DNA from: a phage
Sequence record: PZ386948.1
DNA length: 64,000 bases
Strand: one strand, 5' to 3'
Below are positions 10,712 to 20,300 of this stretch, piece after piece. The notes beneath the pieces are model-generated. The model searched no databases. It worked only from the letters and a program-made list of their open reading frames with translations, and was not told where the DNA came from. The translations under genes were made by a program, and so were the position numbers. Within the stretch, counting starts at the first letter, position 1. Each line of letters begins with the position of its first letter.

Positions 10712-10994
10712 TCATATCCTCAATTTGCGATCTAGTAGTCTTCCAAAGAATACTGATGAGTTCATCGTTATATGGCTGTTTTAGAATATCCCGACTTTTC
10801 TTGATAGCATATTCGTATTGAGCAAAATTATTGTTTTCAGCTGCGATCTGAGCGTGCTTATAAAGACGATTCAGTTCGCGTTTGTTTTTAGACAATAACT
10901 TATTTGCTTTTCTTTCTGCTTCAAGACGGTTCTTTTCTTCAATAGAAGAAATAAGCTTTTCCACTTCATCATTAATTTCGGGTTTATCAGTCAT
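10677..10994 (-). CDS. hypothetical protein
   Basis: 105 aa ORF, charged/helical. Confidence 0.45.
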   Translation of the reverse strand: MTDKPEINDEVEKLISSIEEKNRLEAERKANKLLSKNKRELNRLYKHAQIAAENNNFAQYEYAIKKSRDILKQPYNDELISILWKTTRSQIEDMIDAYTRKIQAS

Positions 10995-10995
10995 A

Positions 10996-11214
10996 TTATT
11001 TCTCTAATATAAAATAAAAATCATCATCTGTTAAATGATACCTGTAATTTAATTCTACACCATTAGATTTAAAAGCGGTATCATACGGATTTTCTGGATC
11101 AATATCAATGTCAAGAGCTAAAACTTCCCTGAGATACATTTTAAGTAAATAGGGAATAGCTTCAACTTCAGGTATTTCTTCCAAGAATCCGGAGAGGTTA
11201 ATCGTTAGCCTCAT
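10996..11214 (-). CDS. hypothetical protein
   Basis: 72 aa ORF immediately downstream of gene 55. Confidence 0.45.
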
Positions 11215-11755
11215 ATAAAAAATCCAAACTAGGAGAATCGTCTACAACACTTTTCTTTTCAGCCCCCGGTGTTCTATAGGTTGATTCTTCGTAATGCGTC
11301 ATTTTATCGTAAATGTCTTGAATAAAAGTTTCATCTACTAACGCAACCATATCGTCGTCACGGCTGTCATAGACATTGTGAACGAAGTAACTATATTTCT
11401 TTGCAACTTCCTTACGTTCTTTTTTAATACGTTGGACGAATGCATTAAAACAAGCTTGAGTTATATACGCATGTGGGTTTTTATATTTCGTTTCATCAAA
11501 ATTATGAAGCCCCTTAATAGAAGCTTCTATACCATCTGCAATCATTTCTTGTTTCCAAGACTGGGTGTATCCTGAAAAGTTGAAACGTTTAGATAAGCCT
11601 TCTGCAATAAGCATAATGGCTAATCCGATAGTATCATTCTGACGAACTACTTTATTTGGGTCTTTATTATTTGCTAATTCTGTTTTCCAATCAATAATAG
11701 CTTGTAAAAGCTCTTTATTGTTTACGTAATTATATTTAGGCTTAGTTTCTGACAT
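11198..11755 (-). CDS. 55: late-transcription sigma factor gp55
   Basis: 185 aa from [23 protein letters not shown]...; matches remembered T4 gp55. Confidence 0.9.
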
Positions 11756-11833
11756 TTTCACCTCTTAGCTCAATTCATAGATCTATTATATCATAATATT
11801 TGAAGATCTATCTTAAAGCATAGAGGATATCAG

Positions 11834-12103
11834 TTATCTAAGTAAACAGTATGCTTGGAACACTTTATCCATCATCTTTTTAAATTCATGAATATCTATA
11901 TAATGACTAGTTAGATCAGCATGATATAAAAAGTCTAAAAACTTTTCATGTGTACTAACATATTCACTTTCATTTAATTCAGAAACATGACTTTCCCAAT
12001 ATCCAACACCAGTCTTATTTGGGAAAAATGAAATTTTCATGTATTGGTCAACATAGAAAATGCCATAATTTTCAATAGTAATAGAAATATTAATAAATTT
12101 CAT
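11834..12103 (-). CDS. hypothetical protein (55.x region)
   Basis: 89 aa ORF. Confidence 0.45.
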   Translation of the reverse strand: MKFINISITIENYGIFYVDQYMKISFFPNKTGVGYWESHVSELNESEYVSTHEKFLDFLYHADLTSHYIDIHEFKKMMDKVFQAYCLLR

Positions 12104-12321
12104 ACATTCATCAACTTAGCCGCTTCAAGAGCTGCATCTAGTGAATCAAATTGATCAACATATTCAATCAATTCGCCGTAATTGGCATATAACCACCATT
12201 GGCTAAATTCATACTCAAGGATGAATCCGTTTCCTTCAATTTGAGTTAAACCAATGCCATTTGTATTTACTTCATATCCGGCAAGACGCAAATCGTTAAT
12301 AAGAGCTTCGTTCATATTCAT
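12100..12321 (-). CDS. hypothetical protein
   Basis: 73 aa ORF, translationally coupled. Confidence 0.45.
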   Translation of the reverse strand: MNMNEALINDLRLAGYEVNTNGIGLTQIEGNGFILEYEFSQWWLYANYGELIEYVDQFDSLDAALEAAKLMNV

Positions 12322-12644
12322 ACCTTAGCAATTTTCAGGTCTGCAAATTTTTTCTTGCGTTGATTTTTCATGCGACGAATAGTTTTATCGGAAATTTCAT
12401 GCTTTTGATAAGCTTTAGATTCTACGCCAAAAGCTTTAACATCAAATTCCGACAAGATATATTGAACCAGCAATTCACGGACAGTATTACGTCCAATCTT
12501 CTGATCATTCTGTTTCATCGTCTGATGAAGCTCTTTTTCCCATTTATCCAAAATTTGAGGAGTTACAATATCGCCTTTTTCTAACAAAGAAACTACTTTA
12601 TCATATGCGTAAGAATTGATGGCGTTTTTAATTTGAATAGTCAT
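12318..12644 (-). CDS. hypothetical protein
   Basis: 108 aa ORF. Confidence 0.45.
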   Translation of the reverse strand: MTIQIKNAINSYAYDKVVSLLEKGDIVTPQILDKWEKELHQTMKQNDQKIGRNTVRELLVQYILSEFDVKAFGVESKAYQKHEISDKTIRRMKNQRKKKFADLKIAKV

Positions 12645-12683
12645 ACATTATCCTCAATTACGTTAAAATTTTATTATCCAAAA

Positions 12684-12697
12684 AGGGCCGAAGCCCT
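12684..12697 (-). terminator. UUCG-tetraloop hairpin
   Basis: agggccgaagccct preceded by A-run on plus strand (T-run after hairpin on minus). Confidence 0.5.
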
Positions 12698-12897
12698 TAG
12701 CTAAACTTTTTGGCACCCTTCCAGCCTTCATACATCATTGCGGCTGATATTAATATTGCTCCTGAGCAACTTGAATATTTGTGATTCCAAAACCAGTTTA
12801 GAAAAACTTCATCATCAATACCTTGGGCTATCATATTTTCAAAGAACTGACGACGAGATTCGGCAATTCGTTGTGATAATTTAGATTCAGGATTCAT
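12697..12897 (-). CDS. hypothetical protein
   Basis: 66 aa ORF following a UUCG hairpin. Confidence 0.4.
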   Translation of the reverse strand: MNPESKLSQRIAESRRQFFENMIAQGIDDEVFLNWFWNHKYSSCSGAILISAAMMYEGWKGAKKFS

Positions 12898-13113
12898 TTA
12901 AATTTTCCAGTTACCGTTTTCATCAATAAATTTAATCCAGTCATTTACTGACCACTTAGTTGTATCGCCTTTTGGAGTAGCATTTAAAGTATATAGTCCT
13001 TGCTTAAAAAGCATTCGTTTGATATTCATATTTTCCTCAGCTATAACGATAACACTCGTTTGATTTACGTTTAGCAACTCGTTGAGAAGTATTATAATCA
13101 AAATCATCGTCAA
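12898..13113 (-). CDS. hypothetical protein
   Basis: 71 aa ORF. Confidence 0.4.
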   Translation of the reverse strand: MTMILIIILLNELLNVNQTSVIVIAEENMNIKRMLFKQGLYTLNATPKGDTTKWSVNDWIKFIDENGNWKI

Positions 13114-13375
13114 TGTAAACAGATTTTTTCAACTTTCTTACTTCGCCGCGTAATTGACGATTTAGCTCATCTTTAACTTCTGAATCAATACCTTTCATTC
13201 TACGCCATTTATCTGAGCGAAAAATGTTTTCAACCATATCTTTATGACTTACACCATCAGGAGCTTTACGCTTTCCGAAATAGTCATAATCACGCACTTT
13301 TAAGTCTTTACGACGATACGTTTTACCCATGGAGTTTAATTTCCTTAGCAACTGAACTAAATACAGCACGATCAC
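13037..13375 (-). CDS. hypothetical basic protein
   Basis: 112 aa ORF rich in K/R; real start may be internal Met (MGKTYRRK). Confidence 0.4.
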   Translation of the reverse strand: MIVLYLVQLLRKLNSMGKTYRRKDLKVRDYDYFGKRKAPDGVSHKDMVENIFRSDKWRRMKGIDSEVKDELNRQLRGEVRKLKKSVYIDDDFDYNTSQRVAKRKSNECYRYS

Positions 13376-13505
13376 AAATCATACGTTTATGTAACTTGAG
13401 TATAATATAGCAAACTTCAAAACTATTTACATGAGTAACACGAACAGCATTACCATTAATGAGATAATACTGTCCCTTTTTAATTTCTTTATCAACCACA
13501 ACCAT
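13323..13505 (-). CDS. hypothetical protein
   Basis: 60 aa ORF. Confidence 0.35.
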   Translation of the reverse strand: MVVVDKEIKKGQYYLINGNAVRVTHVNSFEVCYIILKLHKRMICDRAVFSSVAKEIKLHG

Positions 13506-13663
13506 ATCAATTCCTCAAAGGTAATTCATATGTTAATAATACCACGGTTTGAACTTGTTGTAAACAACTTTGTGAAAATTATTTTAGGGAATGATAAGAA
13601 AGGAACGATAGCTTAGAATGGTAATATACAGAATGTGAGAAAGAAAGGCCCAGAGGGCCCGTC

Positions 13664-13972
13664 TTAATCTTCTATGATATCTCTATCATATCCAAGTGAA
13701 ATGAGAGTTTCTTTGAAGTGTTTAATGTTCTTTTGTCTAGAATCATTAATGAAAATGACTGGATAACGAATGTTAAGAGATGTGAATCCAGCGCGTTTAG
13801 CAAGAGATACAATCAGTGGACGATCATACTCAATCTTACCGTTATTTGTAAGAACTTTATAGAAAGTAAAAGGAGCATTGAGCTCCTTTAGAAGTTTTGT
13901 AACTGATTGACATCCAGGACAACGACCTACTTCATCTGGAATTCCATAGACTTCAATCTTATTTTGTTTCAC
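13664..13972 (-). CDS. nrdH: glutaredoxin-like protein NrdH
   Basis: 102 aa; CPGC redox motif; next to nrdG/nrdD. Confidence 0.8.
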   Translation of the reverse strand: MKQNKIEVYGIPDEVGRCPGCQSVTKLLKELNAPFTFYKVLTNNGKIEYDRPLIVSLAKRAGFTSLNIRYPVIFINDSRQKNIKHFKETLISLGYDRDIIED

Positions 13973-13974
13973 AA

Positions 13975-14187
13975 CTATTCCTTACTAAGAGCAGCATTCA
14001 GCTTGTTAGTAATTTTATCCAGACGCTCATTGAACTCACTAGAAGATAAGCCTTTTTCTGGAGAAATTAAGCTAATCACGAAAAATACAACAATAAAAGG
14101 AATAAGGAAAATAGCTCCAACTGCCATAAACAGAAAGAATGTTACAGTTGTAAGAAAATCAGCTAAACCTTTACGAAATTTATACAT
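13975..14187 (-). CDS. small membrane protein
   Basis: 70 aa with long hydrophobic segment FLFMAVGAIFLIPFIVVFFVISLI. Confidence 0.45.
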   Translation of the reverse strand: MYKFRKGLADFLTTVTFFLFMAVGAIFLIPFIVVFFVISLISPEKGLSSSEFNERLDKITNKLNAALSKE

Positions 14188-14302
14188 ATTTTACCCTTAA
14201 TTGATTAACCAAGCATTGATAAGCACTAAACTATACTGCGAATAAAATTCTGGACCAAAATGAAAAATCATATCATTTATAGTATCCATAATGTAATTCA
14301 AT

Positions 14303-14773
14303 TTAATCATGTTTCCACACCCCATCGGTATTTGACCAAAGCCGCTGATTATCTGATCCTCTCCACAGCTTTTTGGTCGGAAGATTTTTCTCATACTTCC
14401 CATCAATAATAACATCAACATATTTAAGCATTTCTAGTTGTTTAATATCTTCAAACTTATATCCTGTCCACAACCAAATGCTTTTATTTGGATAAAGATT
14501 TTTTACTGTTTGAACAATGCAATGAATAACATCTCGATTATCAGGATAGAGAGGGTCTCCTCCAGTTATAGTTAATCCTTCTATATAATCATTATTCAAA
14601 CATTCAATTAATTGTTCTAGTGTTTCACCAGTAAATGGAATACCATTTCTAGCATTCCATGTTGATTTATTATAACACCCTTCGCATTTATGCAAACAAC
14701 CTGTAACGAAAAGAACGGCCCTGCATCCAGGGCCGTTCACAAAATCGCAAGGATAAAATCTATCATAATTCAT
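14303..14773 (-). CDS. nrdG: anaerobic ribonucleotide reductase activating protein NrdG (radical SAM)
   Basis: 156 aa; Cys cluster FVTGCLHKCEGCYN near N-terminus (radical-SAM 4Fe-4S motif); abuts nrdD. Confidence 0.88.
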   Translation of the reverse strand: MNYDRFYPCDFVNGPGCRAVLFVTGCLHKCEGCYNKSTWNARNGIPFTGETLEQLIECLNNDYIEGLTITGGDPLYPDNRDVIHCIVQTVKNLYPNKSIWLWTGYKFEDIKQLEMLKYVDVIIDGKYEKNLPTKKLWRGSDNQRLWSNTDGVWKHD

Positions 14774-16587
14774 TGGTGTTTAACCCTATGCATGATTTCT
14801 TTATTTTTACCGAGATTAAATCCGCGTTCGTTCGGATTTCCCAAATAACCACATGTTCTTCTTATTGTGTTCATCTTTTTAGGATCAGTTTCTCCACAAA
14901 TAGAACAAACAAATCCGTTTTCAGTAGGAGTCATTTCATGGGTACTTCCACATGTAAAACATTTATCTACTGGCATATTAACACCAAAATAATCTAAATG
15001 TTGTGCAGCATAATCCCATACGGCCTCAAGACCCTTTAAGTTATTTTTCATATCAGGAAGTTCAACATAAGAAATGTGACCACCTGTCGCAATGAAATGA
15101 TATGGCGCTTCACGAGAAATCTTTTCAAACGGAGTAATATTTTCTTCTACTGAAACGTGGAAACTGTTAGTGTACCAGCCTTTATCGGTAACATCTTTTA
15201 CACTTCCATATTTTTCTGTATCAAGTTTACAGAAGCGATAACAAAGGTTTTCAGCAGGAGTCGAATATAAACTAAAAGCAAATCCAGTTCTTTCAGTCCA
15301 CTGTTTAAGATGAGCATTCATTTTAGTTAAAATTTCTTGTCCAATATCACGACCGACAAGAATATTCAATTCGTGAATACCAATGTATCCTAGGGACACT
15401 GAACTTCTACCGTTTTTAAATAACTCAATTATGTCGTCATCAGGTTTAAGACGAACCCCGAATGCACCTTCTTGGTAAAGAATAGGAGCAACAGTAGCTT
15501 TAACTCCTTTTAAGGAACTAATTCTACACATCAATGCTTCAAAACATAAATCCATTCGTTCATTGAACAATTCAACAAATTTCTGTTCATTGAATTGTGT
15601 TCCAATATAAGAATCTAACGCGATGCGAGGAAGATTCAATGTTACAACACCAAGATTATTACGTCCATCAAGAATTTCATTGCCAGTCGAATCTTTCCAT
15701 ACGCTCAAGAAACTACGGCATCCCATCGGAGAAACAGGAACAGATGAACCAGTGATAGCTTTATTGTTCTTAGCCGAAATGATGTCAGGATACATTCTTT
15801 TGCTTGCGCACTCTAAAGCAAGCTGCTTAATATCATAGTTCGGGTCGTCTTTATAAAGATTAACACCTTCTTCAACGAACATAACAAGCTTAGGGAAAAT
15901 AGGAGTTATCCCATCACGACCAAGACCTTTAATACGATTTTTCAGAATTGCTTTCTGAATCATTCGTTCAGTCCAGTCAGTTCCCGTACCAAATGTAATT
16001 GTTACAAAAGGCGTTTGTCCGTTTGAACTAAAGAGAGTATTTACTTCATATTCATAAGCTTGGAATGCATCGTATACGTCTTTTTCTGTTTTAGATTGAG
16101 CATAATTTAACGCATCAGCGATTTGCCATTTTTCTGCATCCTCAATATGTTTTGCATAGGTGCGTTTAACATAAGGAGAAAGTACTTTATCTACATTAGC
16201 AAAAGTCGTTCCGCCGTATTGATGGGAAGCAACCTGTGCAGTAATTTGTGCCATAATTGCAGTAGCAACACCGATTGATTTAGGAGTTTCAATCTGTGCA
16301 TTACCAAGCTTAAATCCATTCTCAAGCATTCCTTTTAAATCTACTAAACAACAATTAGTAAATGGAAGAGCAGGGGAATAATCAATATCGTGGAAATGAA
16401 TAATTCCGCTTTCATGCGCTTTCATAATAAAAGACGGGACCATATTTTTGGCAATGTGTTTAGACACAATACCAGCCATAAGGTCCCGTTGAGTTGGAAA
16501 AACACGAGAATCTTTATTAGCATTCTCGTTTAAAAGGTCTTTATTAGTTTTATGAATCAATCCTTCAATTTCTTTTTCAATTGTCAT
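14770..16587 (-). CDS. nrdD: anaerobic ribonucleoside-triphosphate reductase NrdD, uninterrupted
   Basis: 605 aa continuous ORF; C-terminal CxxC...CxxC zinc site and glycyl-radical loop LGNPNERGFNLG; no intron. Confidence 0.9.
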   Translation of the reverse strand: MTIEKEIEGLIHKTNKDLLNENANKDSRVFPTQRDLMAGIVSKHIAKNMVPSFIMKAHESGIIHFHDIDYSPALPFTNCCLVDLKGMLENGFKLGNAQIETPKSIGVATAIMAQITAQVASHQYGGTTFANVDKVLSPYVKRTYAKHIEDAEKWQIADALNYAQSKTEKDVYDAFQAYEYEVNTLFSSNGQTPFVTITFGTGTDWTERMIQKAILKNRIKGLGRDGITPIFPKLVMFVEEGVNLYKDDPNYDIKQLALECASKRMYPDIISAKNNKAITGSSVPVSPMGCRSFLSVWKDSTGNEILDGRNNLGVVTLNLPRIALDSYIGTQFNEQKFVELFNERMDLCFEALMCRISSLKGVKATVAPILYQEGAFGVRLKPDDDIIELFKNGRSSVSLGYIGIHELNILVGRDIGQEILTKMNAHLKQWTERTGFAFSLYSTPAENLCYRFCKLDTEKYGSVKDVTDKGWYTNSFHVSVEENITPFEKISREAPYHFIATGGHISYVELPDMKNNLKGLEAVWDYAAQHLDYFGVNMPVDKCFTCGSTHEMTPTENGFVCSICGETDPKKMNTIRRTCGYLGNPNERGFNLGKNKEIMHRVKHQ

Positions 16588-17057
16588 TTTAAACTCTTTC
16601 TAAGCTGCTTCTTAAATGAAGCTATTAATTGTGTTTTGGTGTCAGATTCATTATATTCAAATCCTCTTTGAAGCATCTCGGCCATCATTTCCTCTTTTCC
16701 TAAACGAGAAAATTCCTTTGTTTTATCTCCAACAAAGTTAGGGTGAATATTATTTTGGGTGTAATCGGATTTTAAATAAGTAAGTAAATTTTCTAACCAT
16801 TCAAGATAATCAACACCTTGTCCCTTTAAGCCAGAACGATTAAATTTGTGCTTCATTTGACCTTCTGCGGCATTACAGAGATTACAAAGCAATCCACGTA
16901 CCTTTCCTGCTTTTGGTCCATTTAATTCATGGTCATGATCAAGATGATTAGCTTGAACATCAGGATTTAGTTCTCGTTGGCAAATTAAGCATTTACCGTT
17001 TTGTGCATCATAAAATTTCTGTTTTTCTTCTTTATATAATTTGCCAGTCAATAACAT
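16584..17057 (-). CDS. 49: endonuclease VII (Holliday junction resolvase)
   Basis: 157 aa MLLTGKLYKEEKQKFYDAQNGKCLICQRELN... matches remembered T4 gp49. Confidence 0.9.
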   Translation of the reverse strand: MLLTGKLYKEEKQKFYDAQNGKCLICQRELNPDVQANHLDHDHELNGPKAGKVRGLLCNLCNAAEGQMKHKFNRSGLKGQGVDYLEWLENLLTYLKSDYTQNNIHPNFVGDKTKEFSRLGKEEMMAEMLQRGFEYNESDTKTQLIASFKKQLRKSLK

Positions 17058-17098
17058 AATAAACCCTTACCTTAAATAGATAAGGGTATTTATTATTT

Positions 17099-17584
17099 TC
17101 AAGTATTGTAAAACATTTGATGCAATCGCTTATATTGCCGAATCTTTTGGTCAGAAAAAGAAATTTGGGTTTCAAGCCATTCAATATATTCTGCCGCAGC
17201 TTGCATCAAATTTCCTTCATAGCCATCGTTATTTTCTTGTGCAGCTAATTTAGCTAATGCGTATGAAATACGTTCACCCTGAAAATCGGCTTTAGGCTTC
17301 TGAACAACTTGATTAGTTCGCTCTACAACTTCTTCAATTTCGCCATTTTCGACTGATTCAGTATTCCACAAACACCAATACGTAATTGGCTTATCGTAGA
17401 TGTTAATAATCTTTCCATCAGAAAGTTCAATTTCAATAATTCCAGTATCAGGTTCTATATCATCTTCACATTCTTTTGCAAGTTCACGAACCTTAAAGAC
17501 AGTACCTGCACTAAGTTCCGGCCAGTAATTACACAGCCCTGTATCAGCACGATTAATTCTAAACCACTTATCTACTGTAATCAT
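17099..17584 (-). CDS. pin: PinA-like protein (Lon protease inhibitor), tentative
   Basis: 161 aa from internal Met; position after gene 49 as T4 pin; identity by synteny and length only. Confidence 0.45.
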   Translation of the reverse strand: MITVDKWFRINRADTGLCNYWPELSAGTVFKVRELAKECEDDIEPDTGIIEIELSDGKIINIYDKPITYWCLWNTESVENGEIEEVVERTNQVVQKPKADFQGERISYALAKLAAQENNDGYEGNLMQAAAEYIEWLETQISFSDQKIRQYKRLHQMFYNT

Positions 17585-17707
17585 GTCCCATCTCCATATC
17601 AATTAAGTCATTTATCGTTGGTTCATTATATACTGTTTCTTCATCAGTGTAAACCGGTTCTTCCGGCTCTGGCTCTACAGTTTCCCATCTAGCCGCCCAC
17701 CAAGGTT

Positions 17708-18028
17708 TTATAGCGTAATCCATTCTCGTACTGTCTGAGTTACTACACGTTCATGGGGCTCGACTAGTTCAACAGTCGGAACTGCATAATACCAGTCAGA
17801 ATGATAAGAACCTGACCGAGATTCATTTACCGCTACATGTACATTATGTTTTGGACTAAAGTAAACAAACTGACGATATTGGCATTTACCATCTTGCACC
17901 CAGTCTTCTATTTCGATAGGTTTAAGATAGTCGGAAAAATCGAAATCATAGTTTTCCGAAAATGCATCATGGTCTTCAATGATTTCGCTCAGAACTGCAT
18001 CAACATCTAATTTATTTTCAATAGTCAT
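17708..18028 (-). CDS. hypothetical protein
   Basis: 106 aa acidic ORF. Confidence 0.45.
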   Translation of the reverse strand: MTIENKLDVDAVLSEIIEDHDAFSENYDFDFSDYLKPIEIEDWVQDGKCQYRQFVYFSPKHNVHVAVNESRSGSYHSDWYYAVPTVELVEPHERVVTQTVREWITL

Positions 18029-18038
18029 TTTTCACCAA

Positions 18039-18248
18039 TTAATTTCGCAATTTATTAAGTTCTTCATAATCAATCCAGGATTCTAATCCTGATGGCAAAT
18101 CACATTCAATTTCCCAAAGAAGTTCTTCAATTTTATGAAGACGATCTAGTTCTTCAGCAGGAATAGTAACCATTGACGGAGCTCTTGCTACATTAATATC
18201 GTAAATCATATTTACACCAGTTTGACCATACAATCGCCGTATTTCCAC
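18039..18248 (-). CDS. hypothetical protein
   Basis: 69 aa ORF. Confidence 0.4.
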   Translation of the reverse strand: MEIRRLYGQTGVNMIYDINVARAPSMVTIPAEELDRLHKIEELLWEIECDLPSGLESWIDYEELNKLRN

Positions 18249-18427
18249 TTAGAAATAGACTTTTCACCATTAGAATAATAAACTTCAAGTTTAGCACGAT
18301 TATTTTTAATTTGAATAACCTTTGCTGTCATCAAAGTTCCATACCCATAATAAACTGCAACTTCATCACCTACATATACAGCGCTTCCGCGGTAATCGTG
18401 AATATAGTCAGTTCCTTCGAGCATCAT
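18212..18427 (-). CDS. hypothetical protein
   Basis: 71 aa ORF. Confidence 0.4.
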   Translation of the reverse strand: MMLEGTDYIHDYRGSAVYVGDEVAVYYGYGTLMTAKVIQIKNNRAKLEVYYSNGEKSISKWKYGDCMVKLV

Positions 18428-18687
18428 TTAAAATATTCTCGCAGTTGGTCAAATCCACCAATATGACTTCCATCAGGAGCAAATACCTGAGGCATTGTCA
18501 AGCCGATTTGAGTATCACGACCTAGTTTAGTCAGAAGCTCAGCGATTTTCTCATCATCAAAAACACCTTTTTCCGGCATAATGTTGATAAATTCAAACGG
18601 CTGTTTCTTCACGGTCAAAAGACGTTTTGCATTATCGCAATACACACATTTATGAATGTTGCTATCATAACCATATACTTTAAACAT
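18424..18687 (-). CDS. nrdC: thioredoxin/glutaredoxin NrdC
   Basis: 87 aa; CVYC active site; MFKVYGYDSNIHKCVYCDNAKRLL... matches remembered T4 NrdC. Confidence 0.9.
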   Translation of the reverse strand: MFKVYGYDSNIHKCVYCDNAKRLLTVKKQPFEFINIMPEKGVFDDEKIAELLTKLGRDTQIGLTMPQVFAPDGSHIGGFDQLREYFK

Positions 18688-18688
18688 A

Positions 18689-18931
18689 TTATTCCTTAAT
18701 TCCTAGTACTTGTTTAAAAGTCTCGTCGTAATCAAGACTTTGGCCCGTTTGTTCTTTATGTTTGTATATAATATCACTTACTTCTGATAGCATATTTTTA
18801 TATGAACGAGTTAAAGCAGATTTAAGCACGCTGTATCTATCAGGAAATTTACCATGTTCATTATAATAAGCTATTGCTAATTCATGGACTGCCTTTTCAG
18901 CAGCCTCCATATATTCTTTACGCTTGGTCAT
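18689..18931 (-). CDS. hypothetical protein
   Basis: 80 aa ORF. Confidence 0.45.
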   Translation of the reverse strand: MTKRKEYMEAAEKAVHELAIAYYNEHGKFPDRYSVLKSALTRSYKNMLSEVSDIIYKHKEQTGQSLDYDETFKQVLGIKE

Positions 18932-18933
18932 TT

Positions 18934-19323
18934 TTAATCCAAAATATTATTAGGCATTGGTTGAACACTCACAAGTTCTTTAAAGAACTCAGTAGAGTCA
19001 GGCAATTTAACCATTTCCGGAGCATGCTTACTGAATTTATGTTTACATTGACGGCATTTATATTCAAGCTCTGGTTTACGCCAGTTAATCAATTGAACTT
19101 GTTCAGTACCGCATTCAGGGCAATTAGGAACGTTTTTAGAAGCTCTTTCACGTCGTTCAACCATAGCCATAATAGCATCCCATGCTGGAGGTTTAAAATC
19201 TAAATCGTCGCAGCCGTGAATCTTTCCACGCATTTCCATATCATCTTCCTCACCAGCCATAATAATTTTAATTAGACTAGAATTACTTGAAGCTGCAATA
19301 TCTTCTAATAAACGCTTTTTCAT
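18934..19323 (-). CDS. hypothetical zinc-ribbon protein
   Basis: 129 aa; CPECG...CRQCKH four-Cys arrangement. Confidence 0.45.
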   Translation of the reverse strand: MKKRLLEDIAASSNSSLIKIIMAGEEDDMEMRGKIHGCDDLDFKPPAWDAIMAMVERRERASKNVPNCPECGTEQVQLINWRKPELEYKCRQCKHKFSKHAPEMVKLPDSTEFFKELVSVQPMPNNILD

Positions 19324-20246
19324 TTCAGTACCTCAATAGCATCACGTAAACCATTTGCTTTGGCGGTTAAAGCCTTAAGAACTTTAGTATGCTCTTCAAT
19401 TTGTTTTTCAACTTCAATCAAACGAGCATTGAGATATTCGCGTTCTTCTTTCATAGTATCATTTCCATGATTAGATTTTGGTGTAGGTTTAAATTCACTA
19501 GGGTCCTTTAATTTAATAACAAATTTAGTTTCAAACAGTGAAAGACCATAATTCGTATTATCATCAAAGGATTTGACTACATCCATATCAGATAATAACA
19601 CGCGCAAATTATAAGCCAAAGAACTAATAGTTTCATTGTGTTTATTAGCTTCGCGTGGTTTCATATACGGAAGATTTTTATATATCTCATGCGGAGCGCA
19701 AACGATAATTGACAATTCAAATTGTCCATTCTGGGACGATGGAATGAATTTAGCCGTAACCCAGTCTTTTACATTCACATTAATAGTACGGTTATCACCA
19801 TGACAAAACAGTCTACGAGAATGCTTAAAAAGCATATTCACGTTATTATTGAATTCGTGTGAAAATTCACTAGCAAATTTTTCTTTACTATCTTTAGAAA
19901 ACCATTCTTCTAAATAAGTTCTTTTCACATCGTTAATAATATTAAATGTAACAACACTAGCATTTGATACATTAGTCTCAATGTAGCTTGGATACATAAA
20001 TTTTTTAACATTATTAACAGCTATCACAGAAGATAGTAATCGGGAACGTTTGAACCACTCGAGCAAAGAACCAAGAGAATGTGAATACGCATTTTGTGTA
20101 TCTTTACAAATATGGTTTTCCCATCCAATATAGTCTAAAAAATCACGAAGAATATTATTGATTACTGCTCTGTGTCCTATCTGATAATCACGATGTTTAG
20201 TAATAAGACTGTCAAAATAATCAATATAATGTTTACGAGTTTTCAT
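19320..20246 (-). CDS. hypothetical protein with C-terminal coiled coil
   Basis: 308 aa; C-terminal heptad-rich segment ...[33 protein letters not shown]. Confidence 0.5.
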   Translation of the reverse strand: MKTRKHYIDYFDSLITKHRDYQIGHRAVINNILRDFLDYIGWENHICKDTQNAYSHSLGSLLEWFKRSRLLSSVIAVNNVKKFMYPSYIETNVSNASVVTFNIINDVKRTYLEEWFSKDSKEKFASEFSHEFNNNVNMLFKHSRRLFCHGDNRTINVNVKDWVTAKFIPSSQNGQFELSIIVCAPHEIYKNLPYMKPREANKHNETISSLAYNLRVLLSDMDVVKSFDDNTNYGLSLFETKFVIKLKDPSEFKPTPKSNHGNDTMKEEREYLNARLIEVEKQIEEHTKVLKALTAKANGLRDAIEVLK

Positions 20247-20300
20247 GTTCTTCTCACTTGGTTAATGATTTATACTCCGAGCCATCCTTGGCTTTAAATT

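Noticed and set aside
14197-14421. 74-aa ORF overlapping the 3' end of nrdG
   Set aside because: Mostly out-of-frame overlap with nrdG; only about 30 codons lie outside it; not called.
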